A stretch of DNA of 64,000 bases from Chrysomallon squamiferum (Eukaryota; Animalia; Mollusca), in the NCBI GenBank assembly GCA_012295275.1, contig CM022679.1, positions 10,354,001 through 10,418,000 on the forward strand. Direction: 5' to 3'. Of this stretch, positions 26,136-41,089 are shown piece by piece (position 1 is the stretch's first letter; every line of letters starts with the position of its first letter). Under the pieces are notes generated by a model, which was not told the DNA's origin, did no database searches, and saw only the letters and a list, made by a program, of their open reading frames with translations. A program made the position numbers and the translations under genes.

Positions 26136-27381
26136 AAAACAAAGAAAAAGAAATAAGAAAGAAAAACACACCAATGCGGTCAAAACAGAGATTATGTAAA
26201 CGCAAGCAATTAAATGTTTACGTTTTCTCACGTGGTATTTAATAGTTGGTCGGCCGTTGAACCGTTCGTGGTAGGATCTGTAGAAAGCATCTGATACGTC
26301 TGCTACGATAAACCACCATCTCGAAGAATCACTCTAAAACTCGTCAGAAACAAAGATGTTAGAATGATAAATATCAGGTATCCGCACCTCGTGTTTGTTG
26401 GTATTTATTTAACAACATGACTTATTTTGAACGGGAAAGAAATAAAAAAAAAAAATTTGATATTGCGATAAAACAGGGAATAATTCTATTTTTACGGAAT
26501 TAAATTGGTAACATTTATTTTGTGGGTTGTTTTTTTTTTTTTTTTTTTTCTCCCTTGATTTTTCTTTGATTTAACAGAACTGCTATCAGTAATTAATAAA
26601 ATTATTGTGTTCTTGTAAGTGGAGTCAGTCCCAGTAGAATATCTTGAACATCACAAAATCTATATTCTTAATATTTAATCTGAATATATTTCTGTTAATA
26701 AATATCATTCCCCCCCCGACACTCAGAATGTATTTGTAAGTAGCAGTATACCGTACTTTCATATCTGTGATATTATTAAATTTGCAGCAATAAATATTCC
26801 CCTAAGTATTAAGTATAAATATAAATAAAAGGTTAGATAGAATAATGATTGCACTGTTTTCGGGTATAAACAGACGCACATAATCCTTGACAGAGAAAGA
26901 CACACAGACAGACAGACAGACACGAACTAACAGACATTCCTCTTATAAATTGTTTTGCTTTGATATTTTGAGTCATTCTTCTCGATTGATGTTGCTTTGT
27001 CTCAAAACGCCCCCTCCTAGAATAAAAAAAAAAAAAATTAAAAAAAAAAAAAGAAATAATGAAGAAAAAAAAACACATTAACAAAACAAACAAATTTAAA
27101 GGAACCTTGAAACATAACGGATTGAAATGAAAGGCTAATGAAATAAAAAAAAGAAATAAAACTAAAGACAGGAAAATAATTAAATAACGAAAAATACAAA
27201 GAAAGAAAATGTTTGAGAAAAAAAAAAGAAAAAAAAAAGAAAGAAAGCAGAAAATATGCGAAGAAAAGAATTGCAGATCTCTAAAATCCTGGCATTATTT
27301 ACATAGTCTTGAACGTTAAATCCGGGAAAAAGGGCGTGGGCACAATACCAGTCCCATCCATATTTTGTATTTTATAAAATT

Positions 27382-27412
<31 letters not shown>

Positions 27413-27446
27413 TTTTCATTTGTATGTTGTTGGATTATTCTTTTTT

Positions 27447-27477
<31 letters not shown>

Positions 27478-28197
27478 GTGCACCAATGTTTTATTTCGTT
27501 CTTTACAACGAAGCACCCCCAGATGGATTGTACCCTGGGATCTGCCCGTGTTTAATGGTTGTTAATTTTACTTACGAAACAAAAATAGCATTGATAATAA
27601 TTATCATTAACAGATGCTAATTACACATCATACATATACCATCGTTCACAATTACCTCACAGTTTTCATTTACGAAAAAAAACCTAACTAAATTCTTCAC
27701 TTAAAAGTAAAAAAAAAATGTTATGAATAGGAAGCCATTCACAAGTTTCCTTTGACAGGTGGAATTTCACACTCAATCGATTTTGGCAAATTGTAGGTAA
27801 CATTCCACGGAAAAGAAATCACTAAACCTATAGATACAAAAAAAAAAAAAAACCTGGATAACCACCAAGGATGATGTGGCATTCATAATTGTTTAGAGTA
27901 AGTGCATACAGCTTCTTTATCTTCGTGAAACATGTTGTAAATTGAAACTGATAGTTCAGCGAGAGAGGTTAAACAAAAAATGCATGCTTCTAACAGATAC
28001 CAAGTGGCAGAGGAATTTTAAAAATGTGCTATGTGGATGCAAGCGTGCGTCCGTGAGTGAGTGCTTGCGTGTGTGGATGTGTGTTTGCAGGTGTGTGTGT
28101 AAAAAGTGTGAATGAATGAAAGTGTGGATGTATATATCATAATGTGTAGATGTGTGTGTGAGCGTAGATGTATTGGTGTAGGATATGAACGAGTGAT

Positions 28198-28233
<36 letters not shown>

Positions 28234-28475
28234 GCGTTATGGAGAAAGAAAAAGGGTTTATGAAAGAAGGAAAGAAAACAAGACAAATATAGTTAAAAAA
28301 AAAAAAAAAAAAAGAGAGAGTAGAGAAATGCGAACAAAAGTGCACGGAAATTACAAGCAGAGGTACATACAGAGAAAGATAGGAAAAAAGAAAAAGAAAG
28401 AAATAATAAAAAACTGTGATATAGACAAAGTGAAAAGAGAAACATATGGATATTCTGTTGGTCTGAAAAATAAAC

Positions 28476-28510
<35 letters not shown>

Positions 28511-29025
28511 CACACCCTGCCACAAACACACGCAAATGCACACACAACCAAATACATGCACAGACACAAACAAAAAGAAGACACCAGTTGCAGCGATACC
28601 TAAGATTATGGCTTGTTTCATAAAATACATCTTCACTGAAAAGGATATCTGCTGACAGACGATTTTGAACTTGATGAAGTTAATTTCCTCTACTTTTCTT
28701 TTCAGAAGTTAATTTAGGAAGATGATATATTTCAAAGATAACTGTAATTCCCTTTATCTAGCTACCGTTCTGAAATCCAGGTCTAGGCGAACATTAGGTT
28801 ATTTGTTGTTGTTGTTTTTTTTTAAGATTTATTTTTGTAAGATTTATATATCTGAAAATAAAATAATTGTATGTAATTATTATTAATGAAAAAAAAAAAA
28901 AATAAAATAAAAAACGTGACAATGCTAATATTTTTTGTAAAAAAATATCCAGCGACTGCTTTGTTGAAAAGAAACAAATGAACTAATTAATCGGATTTTT
29001 TTTTTTTTTTTTTTTAATTTATGGT

Positions 29026-29038
29026 GTTGCCTAGCAAC
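29026..29038. promoter_or_regulatory. RFX X-box GTTGCCTAGCAAC
   Basis: Full match to the X-box consensus at the edge of a CpG-rich patch (29020-29380). Confidence 0.45.
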
Positions 29039-29929
29039 CATGACTCGCAGGTGTATGTGTGTGCTGCTCTTCTGCTTCTGAACCCGAAAAAGAAACGAAA
29101 TCTGGCAACAGATAAATGAAGATATCGCCAAGGGCGTTCCTTTGGTGGCCAAGATATTTCGTCTTCTTCTTTTATTATGAAGCCAAAAAAATGCGCAGGT
29201 GTAAATGTTTAATTGTTCTACGCCCGGTGTGCGAAACTGAGGCTTAAGTACACGTGCTGAAACATCGCTTTATCTCGCGAACTTCTTACACCGATACATT
29301 ATGGAAGAATGCGCTTTCAGTCGTGGACCATTGGACTTTCGTTTGCTTGTTGAACTGGCGTAAATTTCTCAAATTCGTCTCTTCTACCTGACAAACATTT
29401 TTTTTCATTTCTTTTCTTTCGTTTCTTCTCTCTTGGTTACTTTCTCAGAAACCAGTCATGTCACTGGTAGATAGAGATAAATTACTGTTTTTACTTCTTT
29501 CATTCTATTTGAGTTTTATCTCTCTTTCCCATTTCTTTTCTTGCATCAAGAAGAACATATCGAATCAGAGAAAAAAAAATAAAAATAAAAATAAAACTAG
29601 GTTATTGACGTAGTATATTCCAATGTTAATTTGTATGATAAGAAACAATTTCACTTGCATTCCGACAAGCATTTTAAAAATTCTTTTCTTGTCTTCTTAT
29701 TGGTCTCTTTTCACTCTCTTTCTGATCCACGATTATTTCTCTTTTTCTTTTGTTCCTCTTTCTCTCGTCTTACTTTTTTATAAATAATATTTATGTTATG
29801 TTTGTTGGTCTCGTCCTTTTTTTCTCCTTCTGTCCTCTTAATTGTGTCTTACGCTTTCTGTTTCCCTTTTGTAGATAAGTCATATTTTTAGCAGTTTAAT
29901 GTCTTATTTTCAGCAGGCCTACCTGCCTG

Positions 29930-29931
<2 letters not shown>

Positions 29932-30020
<89 letters not shown>
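29932..30020. repeat. (CT)n microsatellite
   Basis: Directly visible; similar tracts at about 20923-20970, 30566-30637, 35217-35306, 35472-35552, 37252-37348, 52801-52889. Confidence 0.95.
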
Positions 30021-30023
<3 letters not shown>

Positions 30024-30563
30024 CATTCGTTTTTATTCAGCTAAATGACTGTCACGGAATTCTAGAATCTGTGTTAAAAGCAGTTAATACGTTTGTGATT
30101 CAGAAAAGAGGTCAGTTTCGTGTTGGTTTTGCCATTGGATCTAAATCCTTTCCGAGTTAAGTAATCTGAAAGGATGAATGAATTATTTAGGAAAAGCTAG
30201 AGTGAAAATAATATATGTGATGTGTCATCCTTAGGAAATAATACAATAAACAAACAAATATATCGAAGCTAATGATAAAAAAAAAAAAGATAAAAAAAAA
30301 GAAAAGAAAGAAAAACGTCCTTACAATATATAATATATAAATAAACCCCCAAACAAACAAAATAAATAAATAAAATAACACTGTTTTCACTGATAAAGTC
30401 AAACTGATAAAAAGTAAATAAAGATGATAATGATAATAAAAACCCATAAAAAATAAAACAAATCTAATAAAATGAAAGGTTTCAGTAGATTGTACATCGT
30501 TCTCTCCTGAAATATTCAATAAATTCGACATACATCTGTTGACATTTTTTTTACTAATTTTTA

Positions 30564-30639
<76 letters not shown>

Positions 30640-31139
30640 CTGAAACCTTCCGCACATTCTACGTTGCCCATCTGTTTCTTCACACCGCAGATGTTTCGAA
30701 CCTGTGACACTGACCAGTTCGACACAGGACACGTACCTAATATTACAACGGCGACGTTTTGCATTTTGCACCTGTTGCAATTCTCTGTCCTTCTAATCAA
30801 GCACCATCAAAAAACGCCTGCGAACACAAAAAAAAGTAATTAAATGTATGGCGGGAGTTTATTATTTTATATTAATGGGATATTAATAAACAGTTTAGCT
30901 GGACTGCCGATGACGCTGGCAAATAGGGACATAATAGATCCACGCTTCAGTGAGCACGTGGGGGAAAATTTGACGTCATTTTAGATTGCTGTTGTGTATG
31001 ATTGTGCGCCGGAGTATTGATAAACAGTATGTATTATATATGGAAATATGATCAGTGTTTAGGAAGTATTGAGAACAATACTTTTTCTTTCTATCTTTAT
31101 TAATTAATTTATTTATGTGTTTGTTTATTTAATATTAAT

Positions 31140-31384
31140 CGAAGCAGTAGTGGTAGTTGTAATAGTAGTAGTAGTAGCGGCTGTAGTGGAGGTAGTAGTA
31201 GCAGTAGTAGTAGTTGTGGTAGTAGTAGTAGTAGTAGCACCGGCAGCAGAGTAGTGATATTGGGTATTAGTATTGGTAGTGGTAGTGGTAATAGCAGTAG
31301 TAGCAGTAGTAGTAGTAGTAGTAGTAATAGTTTTAGTACTAGTGGCAGTAATACTAATAGTAGTAATTGTATTAGTATTATTAA

Positions 31385-31448
<64 letters not shown>

Positions 31449-31450
31449 GT
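31140..31450. repeat. (GTA)n/(TAT)n trinucleotide low-complexity tract
   Basis: Directly visible; explains the poly-T/S/I/N ORFs. Confidence 0.9.
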
Positions 31451-31719
31451 TATACCATCTGCATTGAAACAAATTTTCAGATAAATAGAAACTATTTCCA
31501 GTGACTACTAATATATATCTTAGTATAATTCAAAAAGTGAAGATTTGTTTTCCTAGTTCAAAACATTACTGGATAAACTCCTTAACCTCTAGCGTTTCAT
31601 CATTCACAGATACATTTTTTTGTTTTCTTTGCCTCTGTAAGTGTATTTGATAAGAACTCTCTTCGTAAACAGAGATAATTTGTTTCTTTAGAAGTAACGA
31701 ACCGAGTACCTCCTGATAA

Positions 31720-31885
31720 CGCAGTAGCTGGATGGTTTAGCAATGGCTTGTATTGTGCCAGGTCGCAGGATCAATACGTCTCTGTACTCAGATCAGCTAT
31801 TTTTCCGTTCCAGCCAGAACCGTTATTAAAGGTTATGGTATATTCTTTCCTGCATGTCACAAAGAGTATGTAATATATTCTTTGA
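31720..31885 (+). mobile_element. SINE 5' part with tRNA-derived head
   Basis: Box-A-like gtagctggatggt, box-B-like gcaggatcaatac, then gctatttttccgttccagccag...aaaggttatggtatattctttcctg. Confidence 0.55.
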
Positions 31886-32540
31886 CATATAATTGAACAG
31901 AATATCAATATCGAAGCTTTATTCATTATTATTATCATGATAAATATTAAAAAAAAGAGATAAAGAAATAATATTAATAATTAACCACTCGTCCACCACT
32001 TCCCCCACCCCCACCAAAAAACCCCCACAACAAAACAAACAAAAAAACAAAAAAAAAAAAAAAACAACAAAAAAACCACCCAAACTCCGTAATAATGCTC
32101 GTGCAAAAATAACATTATCGTTAAAACGGTTATGAAGTCATTAAATAAATATTTAGAATTCGTTATCGTTCAGTCATTATCACACAATCTTTATCGCATC
32201 TCATTATTTCTTTAATCTTCAACCAGTCTGGCTTCAGTAATTATTATTATATATATTTGTGTTGCTAATACGTTTTAGAGCATGAACAATTAAATCCACT
32301 GTCGCATATGCTACATAACAGTCATTTTCATTAACCCACTTGTACATTTTATATCTCTCTTTCCTAAAGTCACGATAAAAAACAAAACACTTTAAAATTC
32401 TGTCTTGAACGAGAAAAATCAATAGTTAAATGACAGATTTGATCCTGGAAACCGTCGCATGACAAAAGTGGAACTTTTTGCCACCTGGCAAAAAAAAACC
32501 CAAAAAAAAAAAACGTTGTGATATAACCACTATGTAATTA

Positions 32541-32706
32541 TGACGTAATAATACGTAGCACTTGTTATCACATGTCATAGAAAACACCCTTCCCTTTTCA
32601 CACTGTACGGCGTGTGAAATACTCGCTCTGACGTCACAATAATGATTTCTTTTTTTTTTCTTCTTTTTTCTGTGACGTAAGTTCGTGCTAATTCACTGTT
32701 ACGTCA
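32541..32706. promoter_or_regulatory. Cluster of four CRE/ATF-type sites
   Basis: TGACGTAA 32541, TGACGTCA 32629, TGACGTAA 32673, TTACGTCA 32699. Confidence 0.5.
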
Positions 32707-33176
32707 CTGCTGTAGATTGCAGTGGAAGTGCGACAGATGAAATTATTAGATACAAGAAAATATCGTCAGGTTTATTGGCTGTTGTCTGGCTTTTATTTTC
32801 TCCACCGTCACTGATATGGCTTTGTAGACCATAAAAACGTAACAAAAACACGGACACGGGGAAAAAAAAGATGAAGACCCTATTAATGATGATGACAGAG
32901 TGTGTAGCAATGACGATATTGTTGCCATTGATGATGTCTGACGATGGCGATGATAATAACAACGAGTGACGAACTTCGTGATGAAATACACAGTAAAATT
33001 ATGATTCAGGGAATAAAAATAAACTGTCGTGATGATATCTTTCTTTCTAATTCTCTCTCTCTCAATTACTTTCCCTTTGTGTATTGTATGTCTATAGATA
33101 GATTCTATCCTTTTCTGAGTCCGCAACATCAAGTCATTAGAGTGTGTTCTGTCTCTTTGTCTCTCTGTCTGTCTGT

Positions 33177-33177
33177 C

Positions 33178-33254
<77 letters not shown>
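33177..33254. repeat. (CTAT)n microsatellite
   Basis: Directly visible; second tract at about 62210-62310. Confidence 0.95.
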
Positions 33255-33372
33255 TTGTATATCTGTCTGTGTATCTGTTTGTCTGTCTGTTTATCTGTCT
33301 CACTCAGACTGTCTTTCTGTCTCTCGGCCTGTCTGTTAATAGATATATGTATGAAATGTGTGTGTGTGTGTG

Positions 33373-33405
<33 letters not shown>

Positions 33406-34183
33406 TTGTGTGCGTGTGTTTGTATGTATGTATGTATGTACGTTTGTATGCGTGTTTGTATATATATATATATATATGTATTATGTATGTGTGTGTGTGT
33501 TTGTGTGTACGAATGAATGTGTGAATGTGTGTATGTATAGATGAATCAAAAGACAATCGCCATAACGAAAATTCATCTACGGCGAAGAATACGAGTCTCA
33601 CATTACTCACGTTATCTGCGCATACAGTGTTAAAATTTCTTACTTCATACTTACTTTTATTTACCTCGAGACTGAAGTATCTGGAACTGATCATGACAGT
33701 AATACTAATTAGTTAGCCATATTTCACGACGCAAATACATCAGTAAATAAATACAACGCAGTTTTAGGATCATTTGTTTAAGATTTTTACCTGTTCCGTT
33801 TATTTACTTCGTAACAGGTGTTCATTATATTTCAGCACCACAAGAAAAGCCAATAAATACAGTGAAAAATAAACATATACAATCTGCGTGTTATTCTAGT
33901 TTGTAGGCTACAGTTAAATGAAATCAGTTATTTTAATTAAATATATATTTTATAAAAGAGATTATTATATAATGATTTATTATTGATTTTACAGATACAG
34001 ACGGACACACACACACACACACACACACACAAATTAGTTTGTTATCTAACGGAATAAAAAAGATAAATAAAAAGAGATATTGAAAAGACGTTAAACTGAG
34101 AGAAAATTCATTTTTTTTATTTTTGTTAAATATAGGATTTCACCAGTTAACAAGAACTGAAGATGTTGTGATATTTTTAATTC

Positions 34184-34186
<3 letters not shown>

Positions 34187-34273
<87 letters not shown>
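34187..34273. repeat. (AG)n microsatellite
   Basis: Directly visible; similar tracts at about 56701-56800, 62040-62115, 63786-63854. Confidence 0.95.
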
Positions 34274-34276
<3 letters not shown>

Positions 34277-34756
34277 TTAAAAAAAAGCGGTTATAAAGAT
34301 AGGTAACAGTAATGAAAAAGTGATTGCTATGATCCATGGTTATTAAATAAAGCAAATAATATTTTATTTTAATAATTTTGAATTAAATCCAACAAAATTT
34401 CTTCAAATCCCGTGTGAACTGAACAAGACACGAACCTAGTAAGCCACACTCTAGAACAGCTGAGTCATTTTTACACTGCAATAACAATGTAACTGTAGAA
34501 AACATTATCAAGAAGAACAAAACAAAAAAAACGAAGAAGAAGAAGAAAAACAAAGAAAGATTAAACTAGATAAACAAGGGCTGGGTATATTACATGATAA
34601 CCCAGGAGCGAATCCACGAATCCAGAAAAAGGGGTTAGAAAACAGCTTTAATCAAAAAAAAAAAAAAAAACCCAACAACAACTGAATCATTAAAAATTTA
34701 AGACGACCAAAATGGATGCCCTGCGGATTCTCATACAGATAATTAGTTTTATAAAG

Positions 34757-34789
<33 letters not shown>

Positions 34790-35211
34790 AAATAATTGTC
34801 ATTTAAATTTCTCCGTTTGCCTAGATGTCATAAATTAAGTGCATTGATTTACCAAACACGTCCAGTGGTTTGATATATCGATTTGCATTTTGCTAGTTAA
34901 TATAAAGGACGGGCTGTCTTAATAACGTCACTGGGGTAAATGGCTGACAATTCGTATTCACCATACACACTAATAGTCAAAACAACAGATTTGGTATGCC
35001 TCATCATGGAATACAGTATTTAAACTATTAGCCAAACCTAACCGGAATGCGTGCATTACCATAGCAACAAACTGTTTCGTTGTGTGTGTGTGTGTTTTTT
35101 TTTTTTATACCTTGAAAAGGAATAATGGTTTGTAGATCAAGAAATTACGTTTCGTTTTAATGACAAAACTGAAATAGGCTTTTGCTTTATTGAAATGTAC
35201 GAATAGAAATG

Positions 35212-35308
<97 letters not shown>

Positions 35309-35321
35309 GTACACACATGAA

Positions 35322-35468
35322 TATATCATGTTAACAGCATTTGACATATCTTATAACCGTTCGTGCTTTGTAAGATAATTAATTAAACATTTTAAACATG
35401 TACAAACCCACACACACACACATACGAACACGCATGCATATACATATATAATTTAAGAACAAACATAT

Positions 35469-35556
<88 letters not shown>

Positions 35557-35558
35557 GT
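35322..35558 (+). repeat. Dispersed direct repeat, copy 1 (copy 2 at 37114-37354)
   Basis: tatatcatgttaac(a/t)gcatttgacatatcttataacc...gaacaaacatattcat-(CT)n-gtctgt shared nearly identically. Confidence 0.9.
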
Positions 35559-37113
35559 CTGTCTCGTGTACACACATGAAAATACATTCGTGCATATATG
35601 CACACAAAAATACAAAAAAACAAAACAAAAAACCCCAGTCGCTCGCACAAAAAGAAACCCCACAGGGTAAAGCTAGTTGCTATGCAAACGATTGTGTTAA
35701 TTTTGTAAATAAATAAATAAATAAATAAAAATAAATAAATCAAACGAAAAGCGTGCAAAAACGAAAATAATATTATCTTATCCATTAAAAATACAATCGG
35801 AACAATTCGACTCGTTTCGTTAAATTCGGAAAAAAAACAGTTCTTAGAAAAAGTGTAAAAGTAACTGAAGAATTAATGAGATTTTTTTAAATAGACAATT
35901 TAGCAAGTTCAAGTTCGTTTTATTAATTCAGCACTGAAAATTACTAAATGATTTCATCTGATCGGAAAAAACGATGTCCAGACATTTTATTTATCTTCAA
36001 AATGTGTTACCTTTTTTGAGCCGATAACCAATGTTTATATATATATATATCTATATACAGTTTTAACGAAATTCTGTTTTCCTATGCTTTCCGGGCAAAA
36101 TAAATAACAACCTATTTGTACATAATTATTTATCTGTTGTTTTTTTTGTTGTTTTTTCAAAACTGCGATAATAATCCTGTAATAAATTTTGTTTATCTCA
36201 ATTCACATAAAATGGCCGTTCAACATAATCTCTCTCTCTCTCTCTGTGTATTACGTTACCAAGAAATGGCACCTTGTCTACGTTAACAGAAAATACAACA
36301 AAAAGTGTTCTGTGTGAAGATCCTTGCTGTTAACGATAAAAAAAAAAAAAAAAAGATTTAAAAAAAAGTACAGCATGTTAATCAACATTATGTTACACTC
36401 TGCAAAAAGCTGCAAAAGTGATTCGCTCGATCTGAATTTGCTCGTGTGTTTACTTCAACACGTAATACTGCACACACATCTTTTCTGAATCACGATCGCG
36501 TATGCATATTGTCTTTTGAAAAGGAATGAAGGAGAACGGTTTAACCATTTTCTTGGATCTTGTCGGGTTTTTTTTGTTTTTTTTAAAACAAAAGTCAGTC
36601 ACTGGTATAAAACTCTTAATCCACAGATATATTCGAACGCTATAATTGTGAGAACAGCAGATCACGAAAACATTTTGCGTATTTTCAAACTTTTAAAATT
36701 CCCCACCAACCTTCACTAATAAAGAACATGTCGTTAAAAATTCCCATCCATTAGAAGAGTTGAATGGAAAGCCGCCGTTTTCCGAACAAAAACCAGTGTG
36801 TGATATCAAATCCTTCTTTGTTAAACGCAATTCATATCTTGATATAACACGATAATATTTAATCTTAGTAGTAAATCAAAAAGATTCGGAATTCAGTCGA
36901 AAGTGCATTTTACTAACTTATATAAATAATTCACTGTTATGAAATTTGTATTATTATATATTCCATATTTTTCGCCTTCTCTTTCCTATGAGTAAAATTA
37001 TCAGATTTCTTCTTCATCTTTCATGGATTGCTTCCACCACAAACTGATTAGAACGAAATAACGGATAGATACATTAATATCATGACACATACTATTATGC
37101 AAGTCGTTTTAAT

Positions 37114-37409
<296 letters not shown>

Positions 37410-37728
37410 TCTTTGTTTTCAAAATGAACTGGGTCTGCATCATAAAATCTGTTTTATAATATTCCATGAAATGTTACTTAGTAATACAACATTATAGGTG
37501 AATTTAGCATCCGCCAGCGTTTGTGACAAGAACAAATATAGATATATCTAAATTCAGATTTAATCCTTGATAATCCCTCTTTATAATATACACTGATTAT
37601 GAATAGTACGCTAACGAAGTTCAAACGCAGTATGAGACTGTTGATGAAGCAGTATGAACGTATTTGTATATGTATGAGATTTGTATGTCTATATTTTATA
37701 TGTGTGTATGTGTGGGTGGGTGTGTTTG

Positions 37729-37767
<39 letters not shown>

Positions 37768-38359
37768 TAATGTATGTATCTTATGTATGTATATGTGTGT
37801 ATGTGTGCGTGTGTATGTGTGAATGTCTGTGTATGAATACTGTGTGTCTGTATGAATTTGTGGTGTGTATGTATATGTATGTATATATGTGCGTCTGCAT
37901 GTGTGAATATATTTTTGTATGTGTGTATATTTGTGAATATATGTGCATGTGTATGTATGTATGTGTGTATATACGTTAGTATGTGTAAATGCATGCATTT
38001 ATATAAGTATACTTGCATATAGATATGTATGATAAAAAATAAAAAAACCTTATTCTTTCTTTTTTTTAAACTTTCTTCAACCGAGTAACAACGAAAACCT
38101 GTGCGAAACACCGTGGTATGTACTGTCGTGTCTAAAGGTTAGCGCAGTGCTTTCATATCACGTATCGAACAACTAACTGACTGCTGCTTGCGCAACTGGC
38201 TCTACTGTAGTATTACATTCACAGCGTCAGCTGAGAAAACAGCCCACAAAGTATAAAGTTTAATTATGTGAGAATAACGTTTTTACAATCAGGCTGCTAG
38301 TTTCAGCTGTTGTCTAAATCGATCTGATGTAAGGTTAATTGTCTGTGTCTGTGTGTACG

Positions 38360-38414
<55 letters not shown>

Positions 38415-39059
38415 GGTTCGGTGTATTTATGGATGTTTTATTCTTTAGTGCAGTTGGGTTTGGTTCATTACGTGATAAATAGGAGAAAAAAAGAAAGAAA
38501 AAAAAAACATACAGTAAAAACTTATATACATGAATACGTACATAATGTTTTATTAATATATCGCTGCAGGGTTTTTGTTTGTGGGTATCTGCTTATATGT
38601 TGTATGTATGTATGTATATATGCAGGTGTGTATGTGTGTATGTATGTATGTATGTATATATAAGTGTGTGTTTGTAGGTGACTTTCTGTCTGTCTGTCTG
38701 TCCATTACGGTGTATGTTTATATTAATATATGATGATGTACGTCTAAAAGTCTGTATGTATCTATGTATATGTGTGTGTATATAGTATATGTGAGTTTGT
38801 ATGTATATATGCCTATATGTGTCTATGTGTATGTATTTCTCTATGTAGCTATGCATTACATCTGACTTGTATGTATGTTTGCTCTGTTTTGTTCGGATAT
38901 AGATGGACTCGTTTATCTCACGTATCTTGTATTTTTTTTAAATATTCATGAACACTGAGTTGCATTCACTGACATCATTACAGGATGTTTGATATATCAC
39001 GTTCGTCATTCATCTTTGTAAAAATGACCTTGCTCGAAATGAGGTATAGACTTTTAGCA

Positions 39060-39147
39060 AACAGTAGCAACAACAACAACAACAACAGCACCACCACCAC
39101 CACCACCACCACCAACAACAACACTAATAATAATATTATAATAATAC

Positions 39148-39198
<51 letters not shown>

Positions 39199-39460
39199 TA
39201 ATAATAATAATGATACAAAAAATAAAGATGATGATGATGATAGTAACAATCACAACAACAATAACAATACATGTAATAATAATAATAGCAATAACAATCA
39301 TAATAATAATATAATAATAATACATGTATTAACAACAAAAAAAAAAAAAAATAATAAAATAAAGATGAGGATGAGGATTATAGCAATGTCAATAACAACA
39401 GCAGCAACAACACAACAACAACGGCAACAAAAACAACAATAATAACAGTAATAAAAATCA
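39060..39460. repeat. (AAC)n/(CAC)n/(AAT)n trinucleotide low-complexity tract
   Basis: Directly visible. Confidence 0.9.
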
Positions 39461-40208
39461 TTAAATATGAGAATGAAGAGCAAGGTAATGATGATGACAT
39501 TAACAGTATGATGAAACTGGGATAAATTCACCAAAGGTTTGTTTTCCTTTTCATTCAGTGCTTGAACATTCGACGTTTCAGAAACCTTTGTTCTGAACGG
39601 GCCCTTGCTGATATTATTCTGTCGATTTTGCAGTTGTAGTTTTTTAATAAAGAGAAAGAGATATAGGAACTCTCTTGCTGGATTTTCTTTTGATGTTTTA
39701 TATCTAAGTTTTTTTTTTTACAAAAATGTTGACAAGTAACTGGAGTAAGTGATAAAGTATGTAGATTAAAAAGATTAAGAGATAACCAGAGACTGAATTA
39801 ATGAGTGACATTACTGACTGCTGAAATTTATATGTTACTGAAAAATAGCAACAACAACGACAACAACAACACCACCACCAACAACATCAAAAAAAAAAAA
39901 AAACAACAACAACAAGGAAGGAAAAAAAAAAAAAAAATAACTAACTAAAACAAACAAATAAACAAAACACAAAACACAACTTTAACTTTTGTCAGCCCCT
40001 AATGTGATAAATGTATATATTTTTAAGGTGATAATGTATGAGATTTTCATAAAATATAAATGAAATAATATTTTGGACATGTACATTATAACACATATAA
40101 GTATATATATATACACACATACGTTCATACATTCATTAATATACACATACGTTCATTTATATACATACGTTCATTTACAAACTGATTCATGCATACATAT
40201 ATACACAC

Positions 40209-40239
<31 letters not shown>

Positions 40240-41089
40240 ACAAACACACATACACACACATAGCCACCCTTCCATCCAAACACATAGGCTACATGTAAAT
40301 CATACAAAAGACAAACAAATTCATCATTCAATTTCCGTTCCGTCTGCTTATCAACAAACGCGACCAGCCGAGAGATGTAGAATCCAATATAATCTTCTCT
40401 TTCATCTCGTCTGCTAGCAGTTCTAGTCGCTAAGTGACAAGCGAACCGTTCTGCACCCCGACGCACTCATTAAACACGTCGACTTCGTAACAAATTTGTG
40501 TGCTTCGACGATCTGTTCCATTATTTTATCTCGTTTTATTTCTTTTTCTTTTCTTTTTCAATTTTTCTTTTTCTTTTTCTTCTTCTTCTTTTTTTTTTTT
40601 TTTTTAAATCGTCATCAATTATTTCGATAAACGGTTGAAATCAGCATGTCGGCAATGTATTCGGTTGCCATGGTTTTGCTCTGCGCGCAGACACCACTTG
40701 CATTATATATGAGTGCAATTCGGCGTGCGGCTTATGGAAGACGGTAAATTAATAATTTTCATTTATTGCTTAGTATTTACGTAACTCCAGGTTATGCCCA
40801 GGTACAGACGTACGGGGCTGCAGGATTCATTATAAATTTACGTCTGTGTTTGCTTAAATAACGAAAACGCATTCGTGAATTCATCACGTGGAGTCAGACG
40901 ACAGATTATAAGACGTTTATATTTAATGTAATTCTCCGTGACCTGATTATATGTGTACTTTATGTATGTGTGTTTGTAATGGAATGAACATAAACTGAAA
41001 TGACGAACATACGCAGACATTGTCTCTCTGTCTGTCTTCGTCTTTCTGTTCTCTGTCTTTCAGTCGGATATCATGAAAGCTTTTTTTAC

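Noticed and set aside
27956-28636. Longest ORFs in the track (226 aa, 163 aa) and similar poly-VC/RE/YLSI/T/N ORFs elsewhere
   Set aside because: Translations of microsatellites and A/T tracts that lack stops; no domain similarity.
28639-28648. Second perfect U12 donor ATATCCTTTT on the minus strand upstream of Cav3 (possible alternative first exon)
   Set aside because: The phase-2 frame hits a stop 13 codons upstream with no ATG or Cav3 similarity; about one chance hit per strand is expected at this AT content (another lies near 62545).
34602-34723. Possible GGATCC-type MITE ends (also 27272-27550)
   Set aside because: Inverted repeats too degenerate and no target-site duplication visible.
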